Counted from the whole stretch's first letter, positions 11,341 through 23,430 are shown. The stretch is DNA of 63,559 nt, filler included, from Octopus bimaculoides (GCF_001194135.2; 4 parts of 4 records of this genome joined end to end with filler, not necessarily neighbours in it); one strand, 5' to 3'. Notes: generated from the letters alone by a model not told the origin. Translations and numbers: made by a program.

Positions 11341-13008
11341 ATCGACACAGGTATTTAAATTGATAAATTTTTTTCTGAGGATGAGGGCAGTACATCGGTA
11401 GAATATGCGTGACAAAATGTACGACAACTTTAGAGCCTTCGTATTACTGGTTTGCAGTCCATCGGACGCTCTTCTAGCTACCCACCCATTTTTTGTCTCC
11501 CCAATTTCACTTCCAGGATCTGGGCTAACACGAGGGAAGTTATAATAAAAATACTCAGATTCAAAATGAAACAGTCGGCAATGGAACCCGAACGCAAAAG
11601 TTTCTTTCGAAGAAAATAGAGTATTATCGTTGACAAGGCCGTCAGCGATGTGATTTTAAAGAGAACACGATCGTGACAAGCCTGTTTGTTGTGACCTATC
11701 CTTCTCTCGCTCTCACCATCGTACAATAGAGGGATAAGTTTAAAACAAGAAGTGAGAGAAATTGCGTGAGTAAAATGGAGAGGGTAGGTATAGATGTGGT
11801 GAGACTGAGACTTAGAGAAGAAATATTGTGAGAAGCGAAGACGGAAACTGAAAGGAAAATTTTGTAGATTTTAACAGAACGGAGTAAATTTTCTAAGAAA
11901 AGCAGACGATAATAAAGAAGAGGAAAGAAAGCAAAGAGAAATACTTAAGGGAAGGAATAGAGAGTAAATTTAAATAGAATTAGATACACACCGGCATACG
12001 TGGGTGTGTGTATGCAAGTTTGTATGTGTGTGTTGTGTGCGTGTGTTGTGTGTTGTGTGTGTGTTCGTGTGTTGTGTGTGTGTTCGTGTGTGTTGTGTGT
12101 GTATGTGTTGGGTATGTGTGTTGTGTATGCATGTGTTTTATGTGTGTGTTGTGTGTGTGTTGTGTGTGTGTTTGTGTATGTGTTGCGTATGTGTGTGTCT
12201 ATTGTGTGTTGTATGTATGTGTTGTGTATGCGAGTTTGTGTATGTGTTGTATGCGTGTGTTTGTGTGTGTCATTTGTATTTGAACACTGCAAATATTCTT
12301 TTAAAAAAACTTTTCTTTTAATTTTTCCCAAATTTAATTGTTTTCCATTCTTACAGTTGAAAAAGTCCCAATGACCGAAACCGGTACTGAAATGTGTTTT
12401 TATAAAATTATTTGAACATTTTCTACCTTGACTTTTTTTTTCCATATATATATATATATATATATATANNNNNNNNNNNNNNNNNNNNNNNNNNNNNNNN
12501 NNNNNNNNNNNNNNNNNNNNNNNNNNNNNNNNNNNNNNNNNNNNNNNNNNNNNNNNNNNNNNNNNNNNNNNNNNNNNNNNNNNNNNNNNNNNNNNNNNNN
12601 NNNNNNNNNNNNNNNNNNNNNNNNNNNNNNNNNNNNNNNNNNNNNNNNNNNNNNNNNNNNNNNNNNNNNNNNNNNNNNNNNNNNNNNNNNNNNNNNNNNN
12701 NNNNNNNNNNNNNNNNNNNNNNNNNNNNNNNNNNNNNNNNNNNNNNNNNNNNNNNNNNNNNNNNNNNNNNNNNNNNNNNNNNNNNNNNNNNNNNNNNNNN
12801 NNNNNNNNNNNNNNNNNNNNNNNNNNNNNNNNNNNNNNNNNNNNNNNNNNNNNNNNNNNNNNNNNNNNNNNNNNNNNNNNNNNNNNNNNNNNNNNNNNNN
12901 NNNNNNNNNNNNNNNNNNNNNNNNNNNNNNNNNNNNNNNNNNNNNNNNNNNNNNNNNNNNNNNNNNNNNNNNNNNNNNNNNNNNNNNNNNNNNNNNNNNN
13001 NNNNNNNN

Positions 13009-13043
<35 letters not shown>

Positions 13044-13534
13044 AAAGGCTGAAAGACAGAGAGAGGGGAGCCAAAGAAAAAGAGAGAGAACGAGATATAA
13101 AGAAAAGAGGACGGGAGTGGGGGAGAAGGAGAGAGAGATAGAGATAGAGAGGGAGTGCTAGAGAGAATAAACGAGAAGAACGGAGTAAGAGACAGAAAAG
13201 AAACGACAACGTCAAATAGAAAATGGCTGACGTATAAACAGCATTAGCATAATGTATGAACGCACACACACATATGCAGATATATTCACATACATACACG
13301 GAGTTAAAAAAAATCTCACACATACACACACACATTTACATAGCCATTTTGACATATATTTAGATATAAACGCAAGCATAGAACTATTTTCGAAAATTAC
13401 CAAGTCATTTATCTATATATATATATGAAGACTGACACACACACACACTATGGCAATAAAATACCGTGACATACAGTGATATCTATCTATCTATCTATCT
13501 ATCTATCTACAGTGATCTCTCTCTCTCTCTCTCT

Positions 13535-13566
<32 letters not shown>

Positions 13567-14187
13567 NNNNNNNNNNNNNNNNNNNNNNNNNNNNNNNNNN
13601 NNNNNNNNNNNNNNNNNNNNNNNNNNNNNNNNNNNNNNNNNNNNNNNNNNNNNNNNNNNNNNNNNNNNNNNNNNNNNNNNNNNNNNNNNNNNNNNNNNNN
13701 NNNNNNNNNNNNNNNNNNNNNNNNNNNNNNNNNNNNNNNNNNNNNNNNNNNNNNNNNNNNNNNNNNNNNNNNNNNNNNNNNNNNNNNNNNNNNNNNNNNN
13801 NNNNNNNNNNNNNNNNNNNNNNNNNNNNNNNNNNNNNNNNNNNNNNNNNNNNNNNNNNNNNNNNNNNNNNNNNNNNNNNNNNNNNNNNNNNNNNNNNNNN
13901 NNNNNNNNNNNNNNNNNNNNNNNNNNNNNNNNNNNNNNNNNNNNNNNNNNNNNNATATATATATATATATAAACAAATAATAAATGAGTATATGCATATA
14001 TACGTACAGGTATATATATATGGTAAATGAAAGACGTGATGTATCAATCAATCAATCAATCAATCTATCTATCTATCTATCTACATACATACATACATAT
14101 ATATATATATACATATACATACATGTATATATATACATATATATATATATATATACATATATAAAAGTATATATGTATATATGCATA

Positions 14188-14261
<74 letters not shown>

Positions 14262-14994
14262 TATATATAGGCATGTATGTGTGTGTATATACATATATAA
14301 ACACAGCACTCGTATGCACAACCTTGCAAAAACGCGTATACACGCAGTGACTCTGTCAGACACGCTTGCGCGCGCATTCGTAGCCACACACATGCATAAA
14401 CAATCATATTCACACAAGCGTCGACGTTCTCTCTTCCCCCTCCACTCCACCCCGCTCTCTATCGCTTGCATGACGTAACAGGATGAGAACAGGGGCAGAT
14501 AAGCCGTTTGTCGGTTCAGGGAGTGTGTTCTCCGTGTGTGTTTGTGTGGGTGTTTATGTACGTAGATATATGTTATTATCTATCTAGAAATGTGGCGGAG
14601 GAGAATTAGAAAACGATGAAATGTACTTAAGAAAGTAAAGAAGGAGTTGGAAGATTAAAAAACGAGAAAAAAAATGCGATTCAGAAACGAACAGAAAAAA
14701 GAAAATAATAATAAAGGTTACAGAAAAAAACAGAGAGAGAGAGTAGGAGGTGACGAAGGAAGAAGTTGTAGTGTGAGGAGGTAGAAAAAGCCGGACATGG
14801 AAGGAGGAGGAAGGAGGGGAGATTGTAAGAGGCGGAATATAAGTGGATAGAAATTGCGAAACGAAGCGGCGAGGAGAGAAGCACAGTTGGGTACGATGTG
14901 GTACGCCGACATGCTTCGGTTCCGGCTTCTGCGAGACGACCTTTAGGATACAAACCATATCACGTGATGTTTGTCTTTTGCTTGGTATCTACAC

Positions 14995-15046
<52 letters not shown>

Positions 15047-15533
15047 NNNNNNNNNNNNNNNNNNNNNNNNNNNNNNNNNNNNNNNNNNNNNNNNNNNNNN
15101 NNNNNNNNNNNNNNNNNNNNNNNNNNNNNNNNNNNNNNNNNNNNNNNNNNNNNNNNNNNNNNNNNNNNNNNNNNNNNNNNNNNNNNNNNNNNNNNNNNNN
15201 NNNNNNNNNNNNNNNNNNNNNNNNNNNNNNNNNNNNNNNNNNNNNNNNNNNNNNNNNNNNNNNNNNNNNNNNNNNNNNNNNNNNNNNNNNNNNNNNNNNN
15301 NNNNNNNNNNNNNNNNNNNNNNNNNNNNNNNNNNNNNNNNNNNNNNNNNNNNNNNNNNNNNNNNNNNNNNNNNNNNNNNNNNNNNNNNNNNNNNNNNNNN
15401 NNNNNNNNNNNNNNNNNNNNNNNNNNNNNNNNNNNNNNNNNNNNNNNNNNNNNNNNNNNNNNNNNNNNNNNNNNNNNNNNNNNNNNNNNNNNNNNNNNNN
15501 NNNNNNNNNNNNNNNNNNNNNNNNNNNNNNNNN

Positions 15534-15746
15534 TGTTAATTTGCTTCAGCTTTATATTACATTAATCTTAATCTTATTTCGGCCAGAGTTCTTTCGTCAC
15601 ACGTCTGTGACCTCATCAGTGGTCCTTTGTTTCCTTCCTTCTTATGTGTGTCTCACCTTGCTAACTATCACACAGAAGTGTGACGAAAGAACTCTGGCCG
15701 AAATAAGATTAAGATTAATGTAATATAAAGCTGAAGCAAATTAACA
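15534..15746. mobile_element. Fold-back element with perfect 69-bp inverted arms; hammerhead-like motifs on the minus strand
   Basis: 15534-15602 is the exact reverse complement of 15678-15746. The minus strand reads CTGATGA-GGTCA...TGGCC-GAAA, but no stem I partner was found. The left arm abuts a gap. Confidence 0.55.
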
Positions 15747-16229
15747 CCAAATATACAGTGCGTGTGTTTTTATTGGCTAAACTGGCAATATGACCATCCC
15801 CAAGTACAACAACATCTGTTTCAACACACGATTTCACATCAAAAATCTTGCAAAACAAAACCTTTGTGAAGCCATATTTACTACCTGAGACTGTTTTATT
15901 CACGAAGGAACTGTTGCTGTCGAGAAATATAGTGAAGATGTATTGCCGGTGAAATGAATATCGGAGATACTTTGTCAGATGCAAAAAATTATAGAAGCTT
16001 TCTAGATGTTCTGAAGACTCTTCCAAATCCATCACAATGCTGAAAAGCCTCCCGTATTGTCAGCAAGTACACCAGGGGCACAAGTGTTTCGCCCCTATCT
16101 ATCTATCTATCTATCTATCTATCAGCGAACACAAAAATTCCAAAACATAAAGACAAAACACACACACACGCACGCACGCACGCACGCATGCACATACACA
16201 CACGCACACACGAAATTCAGTAAAACAAA

Positions 16230-16664
16230 AGGAACGAATAACCGGAAGCGGAAAGAATTAGGAACGAGGGTTGCGCAAACGTGAAAACGAATCTCTTTTA
16301 TTTCCTTCAATATTGTGATTCTTTCCAAATAAATATTACGGCAAAATAACGGTAGCTTTGTGTTGGCGTAGATTGTCTTTAAAAGTTAAATATATTTATG
16401 TATTTATTTATTTATTTATTTATTTATTTTATGGCAGTAACTTATTGATCTTCCTCCCCCCCTCCTCTTCCTTCTTTTCCTGCTACAACTTGTATACGTG
16501 CGGTGGCGTCGGAAGGAAAGAAGCGGAAACGGAAATGGAGGATGTTGGTTGCTTGCTTGTTCTAAAGGTTTCGCAACGGAAAAGACGATCTATTTAATCC
16601 CTCAATCAGCCTGTTTGTCATCATTACCTCTCTGTCAGTTTGTCTGTCAGTTAGTCAGTCTCTC

Positions 16665-16708
<44 letters not shown>

Positions 16709-17096
16709 CTCTCTCTCCCTCTGTATATANNNNNNNNNNNNNNNNNNNNNNNNNNNNNNNNNNNNNNNNNNNNNNNNNNNNNNNNNNNNNNNNNNNNNNN
16801 NNNNNNNNNNNNNNNNNNNNNNNNNNNNNNNNNNNNNNNNNNNNNNNNNNNNNNNNNNNNNNNNNNNNNNNNNNNNNNNNNNNNNNNNNNNNNNNNNNNN
16901 NNNNNNNNNNNNNNNNNNNNNNNNNNNNNNNNNNNNNNNNNNNNNNNNNNNNNNNNNNNNNNNNNNNNNNNNNNNNNNNNNNNNNNNNNNNNNNNNNNNN
17001 NNNNNNNNNNNNNNNNNNNNNNNNNNNNNNNNNNNNNNNNNNNNNNNNNNNNNNNNNNNNNNNNNNNNNNNNNNNNNNNCTCTCTCTCTCTCTGTG

Positions 17097-17132
<36 letters not shown>

Positions 17133-17400
17133 CTCTCTCTCCCTCTGTATATAGTCCCAGGAATTTTTCGAAAGGATAGAAAATATGGATACCAGTATAT
17201 AAACACATCATCACAATGTTTGCGCAACCAAAACTGATGTTATAGAAACACACACATGTACGTTTCCAATCTTTCGGTATTGGTAGACAACGTCATTCGC
17301 CCACTTTTTCAACCTAGCCTATTTATCCTCCGTCATGAGGGAACGTGGTGTGGGTGAATGACGTCATCTACTAATAGCGAAAGATTGGCGTATAGAAAAC
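16230..17400. promoter_or_regulatory. Candidate promoter/enhancer with ETS, C/EBP and CRE motifs
   Basis: ACCGGAAGCGGAA 16241-16253, TTGCGCAA 16271-16278 and 17220-17227, ATGACGTCAT 17358-17367, in CpG-retaining unique sequence. Motif matches only. Confidence 0.35.
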
Positions 17401-18848
17401 ACGTACACAGTGTATGTACAAAAATTGTAGAAATGGTACGTTAATAATAATCGCATGTATTCATAGGGTTTGTACAGCAATTATGGAAGCATTACAAGAT
17501 AAACGCAACACGTGACATCTGAGGGCCAAAAAGGGGTGGTGGTGGTGAGGTGTCACTGTCTCGTGTCAATAAAACATTGGTGGGGGGTGTTTATATATAT
17601 ATCTATCTATCTATCTATCTTTCGGTATGTGTGTATGTTTGTATGTATGTATATATATGCGTGTGTGTGTGTGTGTGTGNNNNNNNNNNNNNNNNNNNNN
17701 NNNNNNNNNNNNNNNNNNNNNNNNNNNNNNNNNNNNNNNNNNNNNNNNNNNNNNNNNNNNNNNNNNNNNNNNNNNNNNNNNNNNNNNNNNNNNNNNNNNN
17801 NNNNNNNNNNNNNNNNNNNNNNNNNNNNNNNNNNNNNNNNNNNNNNNNNNNNNNNNNNNNNNNNNNNNNNNNNNNNNNNNNNNNNNNNNNNNNNNNNNNN
17901 NNNNNNNNNNNNNNNNNNNNNNNNNNNNNNNNNNNNNNNNNNNNNNNNNNNNNNNNNNNNNNNNNNNNNNNNNNNNNNNNNNNNNNNNNNNNNNNNNNNN
18001 NNNNNNNNNNNNNNNNNNNNNNNNNNNNNNNNNNNNNNNNNNNNNNNNNNNNNNNNNNNNNNNNNNNNNNNNNNNNNNNNNNNNNNNNNNNNNNNNNNNN
18101 NNNNNNNNNNNNNNNNNNNNNNNNNNNNNNNNNNNNNNNNNNNNNNNNNNNNNNNNNNNNNNNNNNNNNNNNNNNNNNNNNNNNNNNNNNNNNNNNNNNN
18201 NNNNNNNNNNNNNNNNNNNNNNNNNNNNNNNNNNNNNNNNNNNNNNNNNNNNNNNNNNNNNNNNNNNNNNNNNNNNNNNNNNNNNNNNNNNNNNNNNNNN
18301 NNNNNNNNNNNNNNNNNNNNNNNNNNNNNNNNNNNNNNNNNNNNNNNNNNNNNNNNNNNNNNNNNNNNNNNNNNNNNNNNNNNNNNNNNNNNNNNNNNNN
18401 NNNNNNNNNNNNNNNNNNNNNNNNNNNNNNNNNNNNNNNNNNNNNNNNNNNNNNNNNNNNNNNNNNNNNNNNNNNNNNNNNNNNNNNNNNNNNNNNNNNN
18501 NNNNNNNNNNNNNNNNNNNNNNNNNNNNNNNNNNNNNNNNNNNNNNNNNNNNNNNNNNNNNNNNNNNNNNNNNNNNNNNNNNNNNNNNNNNNNNNNNNNN
18601 NNNNNNNNNNNNNNNNNNNNNNNNNNNNNNNNNNNNNNNNNNNNNNNNNNNNNNNNNNNNNNNNNGTGATGGTCATGGTAGTAGTGGCTGGTGGTGGTTG
18701 TAGTGATGGAAATGGTGGTGGTAGGCCGTGATGATGATGGCGGTGGTGCAAATGGTAGTGGTGGATCTGGTAGCGGTGACGGTGGCGGGTGGTGGTGGTG
18801 GTGGTGGTAGTGATGATGATGTTGATGATGATGGTGATGGTTGTGGAG

Positions 18849-19072
18849 GTCATTGGTGCACTTGGCACATCACCCACTCTGCTCACTCAAGGGCAATAAA
18901 GGATACTGGAATTGGGAGTCGACCTGCAGAAAAAAGCACCATCCTACATTCTGCAAAGAATCCCAAGAAAGATTCTTCAGATTTGAGGAGAACTGTTGTG
19001 ACCAAACCTCAAATTAAAATTCCTGCTAATAAAATTAGCAGCATGTTATGACGTTGGAATAATAATAATAAT
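18849..19072 (+). mobile_element. R4/Dong-clade non-LTR retrotransposon 3' end (restriction-like endonuclease C-terminus plus (AAT)n tail)
   Basis: Frameshifted VIGALGT...DLQK/STILHSAK/IPRKILQI* followed by a short UTR and an (AAT)5 tail. Confidence 0.75.
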
Positions 19073-19359
19073 GCAACACTTTTGAAATGCCAGGGAAATT
19101 TCGATGCCAGTTAATCACTAAAGGAATTCTGTCATCTGTTGTATTGTGTTTGCTAAAATTATGCGTGTAGGTTTGACTATCTTTGCTAATTTTAGATGTT
19201 TCATTTGCTGTTTCCTTTAATGAGATAACTGAAAAGAACGGGTAACATGGTACCGTAGGCTGCAGGAAGCATGACCGCTACACATGCAAGACTCAAGGAG
19301 CTCCAACAAAATCTGTGATAGAGAGAAATAATGCTTTCTGCTCCACAAATTTTTAGTGG

Positions 19360-19708
19360 GGGGGGGGAGTAAGTCGATTACATCGACCCCTGTGTTTCAC
19401 AGGTACTTAATTTATCCACCCGAAAGGATGTAAAAAGCAGAGTTGACCCCGGCGGAATTTGAACTCAAAACGTGAAGATGGACGAAATGTCGCCAAGAAT
19501 TTCGCCTGGCCTGCTAACGATTCTTATTTCTTTATTGCCCACAAGGGGCTAAACATAGAGGGGACAAACGGATTAAGTCGATTACATCGACCCCTGTGCG
19601 TAACTGGTACTTAATTTATCGACCCCGAAAGGATGAAAGGCAAAGTCGACCTCGGCAGACGAAAAACCACTAAGCATTTCGCCCGGCGTGCTAACGATTC
19701 TGCCAGCT
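19360..19708 (-). mobile_element. Two tandem copies of SINE family B
   Basis: Contain ...GAGTTCAAATTCCGCCG(A)GGTCGACTTTGCCTTTCATCCTTTCGGGGTCGATAAATTAAGTACC.... The central block resembles the Meta/MESC SINE domain as I recall it. Confidence 0.75.
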
Positions 19709-20059
19709 NNNNNNNNNNNNNNNNNNNNNNNNNNNNNNNNNNNNNNNNNNNNNNNNNNNNNNNNNNNNNNNNNNNNNNNNNNNNNNNNNNNNNNNNNNNN
19801 NNNNNNNNNNNNNNNNNNNNNNNNNNNNNNNNNNNNNNNNNNNNNNNNNNNNNNNNNNNNNNNNNNNNNNNNNNNNNNNNNNNNNNNNNNNNNNNNNNNN
19901 NNNNNNNNNNNNNNNNNNNNNNNNNNNNNNNNNNNNNNNNNNNNNNNNNNNNNNNNNNNNNNNNNNNNNNNNNNNNNNNNNNNNNNNNNNNNNNNNNNNN
20001 NNNNNNNNNNNNNNNNNNNNNNNNNNNNNNNNNNNNNNNNNNNNNNNNNNNNNNNNNNN

Positions 20060-20175
20060 TGAGGGATAAAAATACCTAGGAGTGCTGTCAGACGATAGGA
20101 TATTAAATGAGTGTGAAAATCTCTAAGGAATGCAAGAGGAGAATTAGGAAGGTGTTCGAAATAATTAAATGGAGG
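20060..20175 (+). mobile_element. R4/Dong-like RT fragment
   Basis: KYLGVL...KISKECKRRIRKVFE, like YKYLG...KEYxRRxRK of R4-clade RT. Confidence 0.55.
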
Positions 20176-20178
20176 GAA

Positions 20179-20610
20179 TACGAAGCTGTATCAAAAAGTC
20201 CCCGGGTTAGTTGTGCTTGATAGAAAAATAACTTCTATACCGAATCTTTAATATTATCTCTTTCGAAATAGTCACGTTGCGCAGCCACTTTTGGAATCCG
20301 GTTTGGAAGTCGTTTTCCGTAAGCAAGTGGAAGGCCTTCTGTGATTCGCTCTGGATTTCGACAACGGCATTAAAACAGCGACCTTAGAGTTTCATTTTCA
20401 TCTTGGGGAAGAGATGGAAGTCCGGTGGGGCCAAATCTGACAAATGCAGAGGCGATACCATGTTGTTGTTTTTGGCAAGAAACTCACGAGTGAGGAGAGG
20501 TTGATGACTGACAGGCTGCATTGTCATCGTAAAGAATCCAGTTCTTCGCACTCCACACTGCGAGAATCCTAAACAAGGTTCTTGTGATTTGAGGAGACTT
20601 GCTACCACGA
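20179..20610 (-). mobile_element. Mariner transposon 3' remnant (transposase C-terminus plus TIR)
   Basis: LLTREFLAKNNNMV...SDLAPPDFHLFPKMKMKL (the YSPDLAP motif region). The TA-CGAAGCTGTATCAAAAAGT terminus is typical of a mariner TIR. Confidence 0.85.
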
Positions 20611-20734
20611 AACCTCAATATAGTATTTCCTGGTAATTAAATTAGCATTGGTGGAATTTGAACTCTAAACGTAAAGGCAAACGAAATGCCGGTAAGCATT
20701 TTGCCCAGCATGCTAACAATTCCGCCAGCTCGCC

Positions 20735-20778
<44 letters not shown>

Positions 20779-20788
20779 ATATATGTAT

Positions 20789-20888
20789 NNNNNNNNNNNN
20801 NNNNNNNNNNNNNNNNNNNNNNNNNNNNNNNNTTAATTAATTAANNNNNNNNNNNNNNNNNNNNNNNNNNNNNNNNNNNNNNNNNNNN
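20789..20888. other. Artificial scaffold spacer N44-TTAATTAATTAA-N44
   Basis: Exactly 100 bp. The central palindrome has TAA in all six frames. The same structure occurs three times in the window. Confidence 0.95.
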
Positions 20889-20932
<44 letters not shown>

Positions 20933-20934
<2 letters not shown>

Positions 20935-21095
20935 CATGGGCTTCTTTCAGTTTCCATCTACTGAATTGGCTCACAAAATTTTGGTTGGCATCAGGGCTAT
21001 AATTAGAAGACACTTGCCCAAGGTGCCACACAGTGGGACTGAACCTGAAGCCATGTGGTTGGAAAGCAAATTTTTAATTACACAGCCATGCCTGC
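20933..21095 (-). mobile_element. SINE family A, 5' part (CpG-decayed), in a CEP70 intron
   Basis: Reverse complement of the family A head with CG>TG/CA changes. Confidence 0.75.
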
Positions 21096-21578
21096 ACTTA
21101 TATTTGCTCTCTTTACAAAACTGCCAAGTATACCTGTCTGCCTAGAATATCTATCTAACATATCTAGCCAGAATATCTACCTGGTATATGACTTATCAAT
21201 GAGGAAAAAACTGTGATCATACAATCTGCTAGAAACAACACCCAAATCTCCTTCAAATCTCTTGTAATTGTCTTAAAAAGGAAGGACATGCTGGATGTTA
21301 TAGTCCAGGATATACAAAACACATGATGGTTGTGGACAGAATGTCCTTCGCAATAGGTGTGCTTGTTCAGGGCCAACCAGATTCTAAACAGTAACAACCT
21401 TGTGTGTACTCCTATATATATTTGCATATGTGTCTAATATATCTGTTTAGCTTATCCACGTTGTGAATCTAATACAATTGTCTTATCATGTATACTTACT
21501 GAATGTGTTAACTGATCATGCATGGGTTTTGAAAATAAGAGAATCTCAAAATCTTATGGATGTTTTTGTTTGTTCTAG

Positions 21579-21693
21579 ATCCATCTTCAAAACCTTCAAC
21601 TGTAGTAGATGCCGTCAATGAAATCTGCCAGATGCATAATGCCACAACTTCAACGCAACTGAAACATCTCCTTCAGACTGAAGATTTGGAAAG
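21579..21693 (+). CDS. CEP70: CEP70 orthologue, internal coding exon (third from last)
   Basis: Acceptor tttttgtttgttctag| and donor gaaag|gtttaa. Encodes (D)PSSKPSTVVDAVNEICQMHNATTSTQLKHLLQTEDLE(S). Its phase-2 end joins in frame to the next exon. The spliced peptide resembles the C-terminus of vertebrate CEP70 as I recall it (LDSSSSLCVLVSTVGKLC...[25 protein letters not shown]); no search was run. Confidence 0.85.
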
Positions 21694-21737
21694 GTTTAAA
21701 ATTTTGACCCGTTTTTTTACCCCATTATTCATATCTT

Positions 21738-22135
21738 TTACTTCTTTCAGTCATTTCACTGTGGCCATGCTGGGGCACCACCTTGAAGAATTTTTAGTTG
21801 AATGTATCAAGCCCAGTACTTATTTTTTAAATTCTGGTGCTTATTCTATCAGTCTCTTTTCCCAAACTGCTAAGTTATGGAGATGTAAACACACCAGCAC
21901 CAGTTGTCAGGCAGTGGTGGGGTACAAAAACAGACCCAAAGACACACACACACACACACATATATATTTCTGCACATATATACAATGGGCTTCTTTCAGT
22001 TTCCATCTACCAAATCCACTCACAAGGCTTTGGTCAGACTGGGGCTATGATAGAAGACACTTGCCCAAGTTGCCACACAGTGGGACTGAGCCCAGAATAA
22101 TATGGTTGGGAAGCAAGCTTCTTACCACACAGTCA
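21738..22135 (-). mobile_element. SINE family A, near full length, in a CEP70 intron
   Basis: Reverse complement of both the 5' and 3' parts of family A. Confidence 0.8.
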
Positions 22136-22937
22136 AACCTAGCTTAATTTTTATAAAAATATTTTAATGTTTTTATTATGGATATTTCTGTTGAAACGCA
22201 CTCACTGTGTTTGTTTCAGTGATATAGAAAATATTGTAGGTTTTAGCAAAATAATTTTGTTATTTTCATGCTGTGTGGAACATAAATTAACATGAAAATT
22301 TGATGGAACTTTTAATTTAGATGACTTTCATCATCATCATCATCATCATCATCATCGTTTAATGTCCGCTTTCAATGCTAGCATGGGTTGGACGATTTGA
22401 CTGAGGACTGGTGAACTTTAATGTTCAATGAAGACATTGGCATGGGTGCCAGTCTATAAATTTAGTTCGATTTCGATTTCGATTTCACTTGCTTCAACAG
22501 GTTTTCGCAAGCGGAATTTAGTGTCCAAAGAAGGAATGTTACGCATAAGTGGGCTGGTTACATCCCAGGCAGAGGCCTTGGATTTTGGTCTCACTTGGTT
22601 TGCCAGGTTTTCTCACGCACTAGAAATTTATTTCATAGAACCAGATGTGGTCTCAGGTGCGTTGGTATCAAAAGGGTTAATGTTCTTATTATTTTCCTCA
22701 GTTTTAATTGAAATTAAAGAGGTTTACCCTCATACTGGATGATCATGTGATCAGCCGTAGGAAGGACATCTAACTATAAATATTAAATTTATGGGTGTTT
22801 GATCTTGATAGCCTTTTGTAACTGTTTCAGCAAGTTGGCATTTGATGATGTGGCCCTTTTGAAGATAGTCAATAAACACAATGCCTTTTGCATCTCAAAA
22901 ATCTGAGGCCATCATCGCCCCTGTAGATAAAATGACC

Positions 22938-23430
22938 ATAGGCGTAGGAGTGGCTGTGTGGTAAGTAGCTTGCTTGCCAACCACATGGTTCCAGGTTCAG
23001 TCCCAATGCGTGGCACCTTGGGTAAGTGTCTTCTACTATAGCCTCGGGCCGACCAAAGCCTTGTGAGTGGATTTGGTAGACGAAAACTGAAAGAAGCCCG
23101 TCGTATATATCATCATCATCATCATCATCGTTTAAGGTCCGCTTTCCNNNNNNNNNNNNNNNNNNNNNNNNNNNNNNNNNNNNNNNNNNNNNNNNNNNNN
23201 NNNNNNNNNNNNNNNNNATCGCTTGACAACCGATGATGGTGTGTTTACGTCCCCGTAACTTAGCGGTTCGGCAAAAAGAGACCGATAGAATAAGTACTAG
23301 GCTTACAAAGAATAAGTCCTGGGGTCGATTTGCTCGACTAAAGGAGGTGCTCCAGCATGGCCGCAGTCAAATGACTGAAACAAGTAAAAGAGTAAAAGAG
23401 AGTAAAAGAGTAAAAGAGAGTAAAAGAGTA
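22938..23430 (+). mobile_element. SINE family A (young, CpG-retaining), interrupted by an RTE-tail fragment and a gap
   Basis: Consensus-like head at 22938-23108. The 3' part at 23218-23430 ends in (GTAAAAGA)n. Confidence 0.8.
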
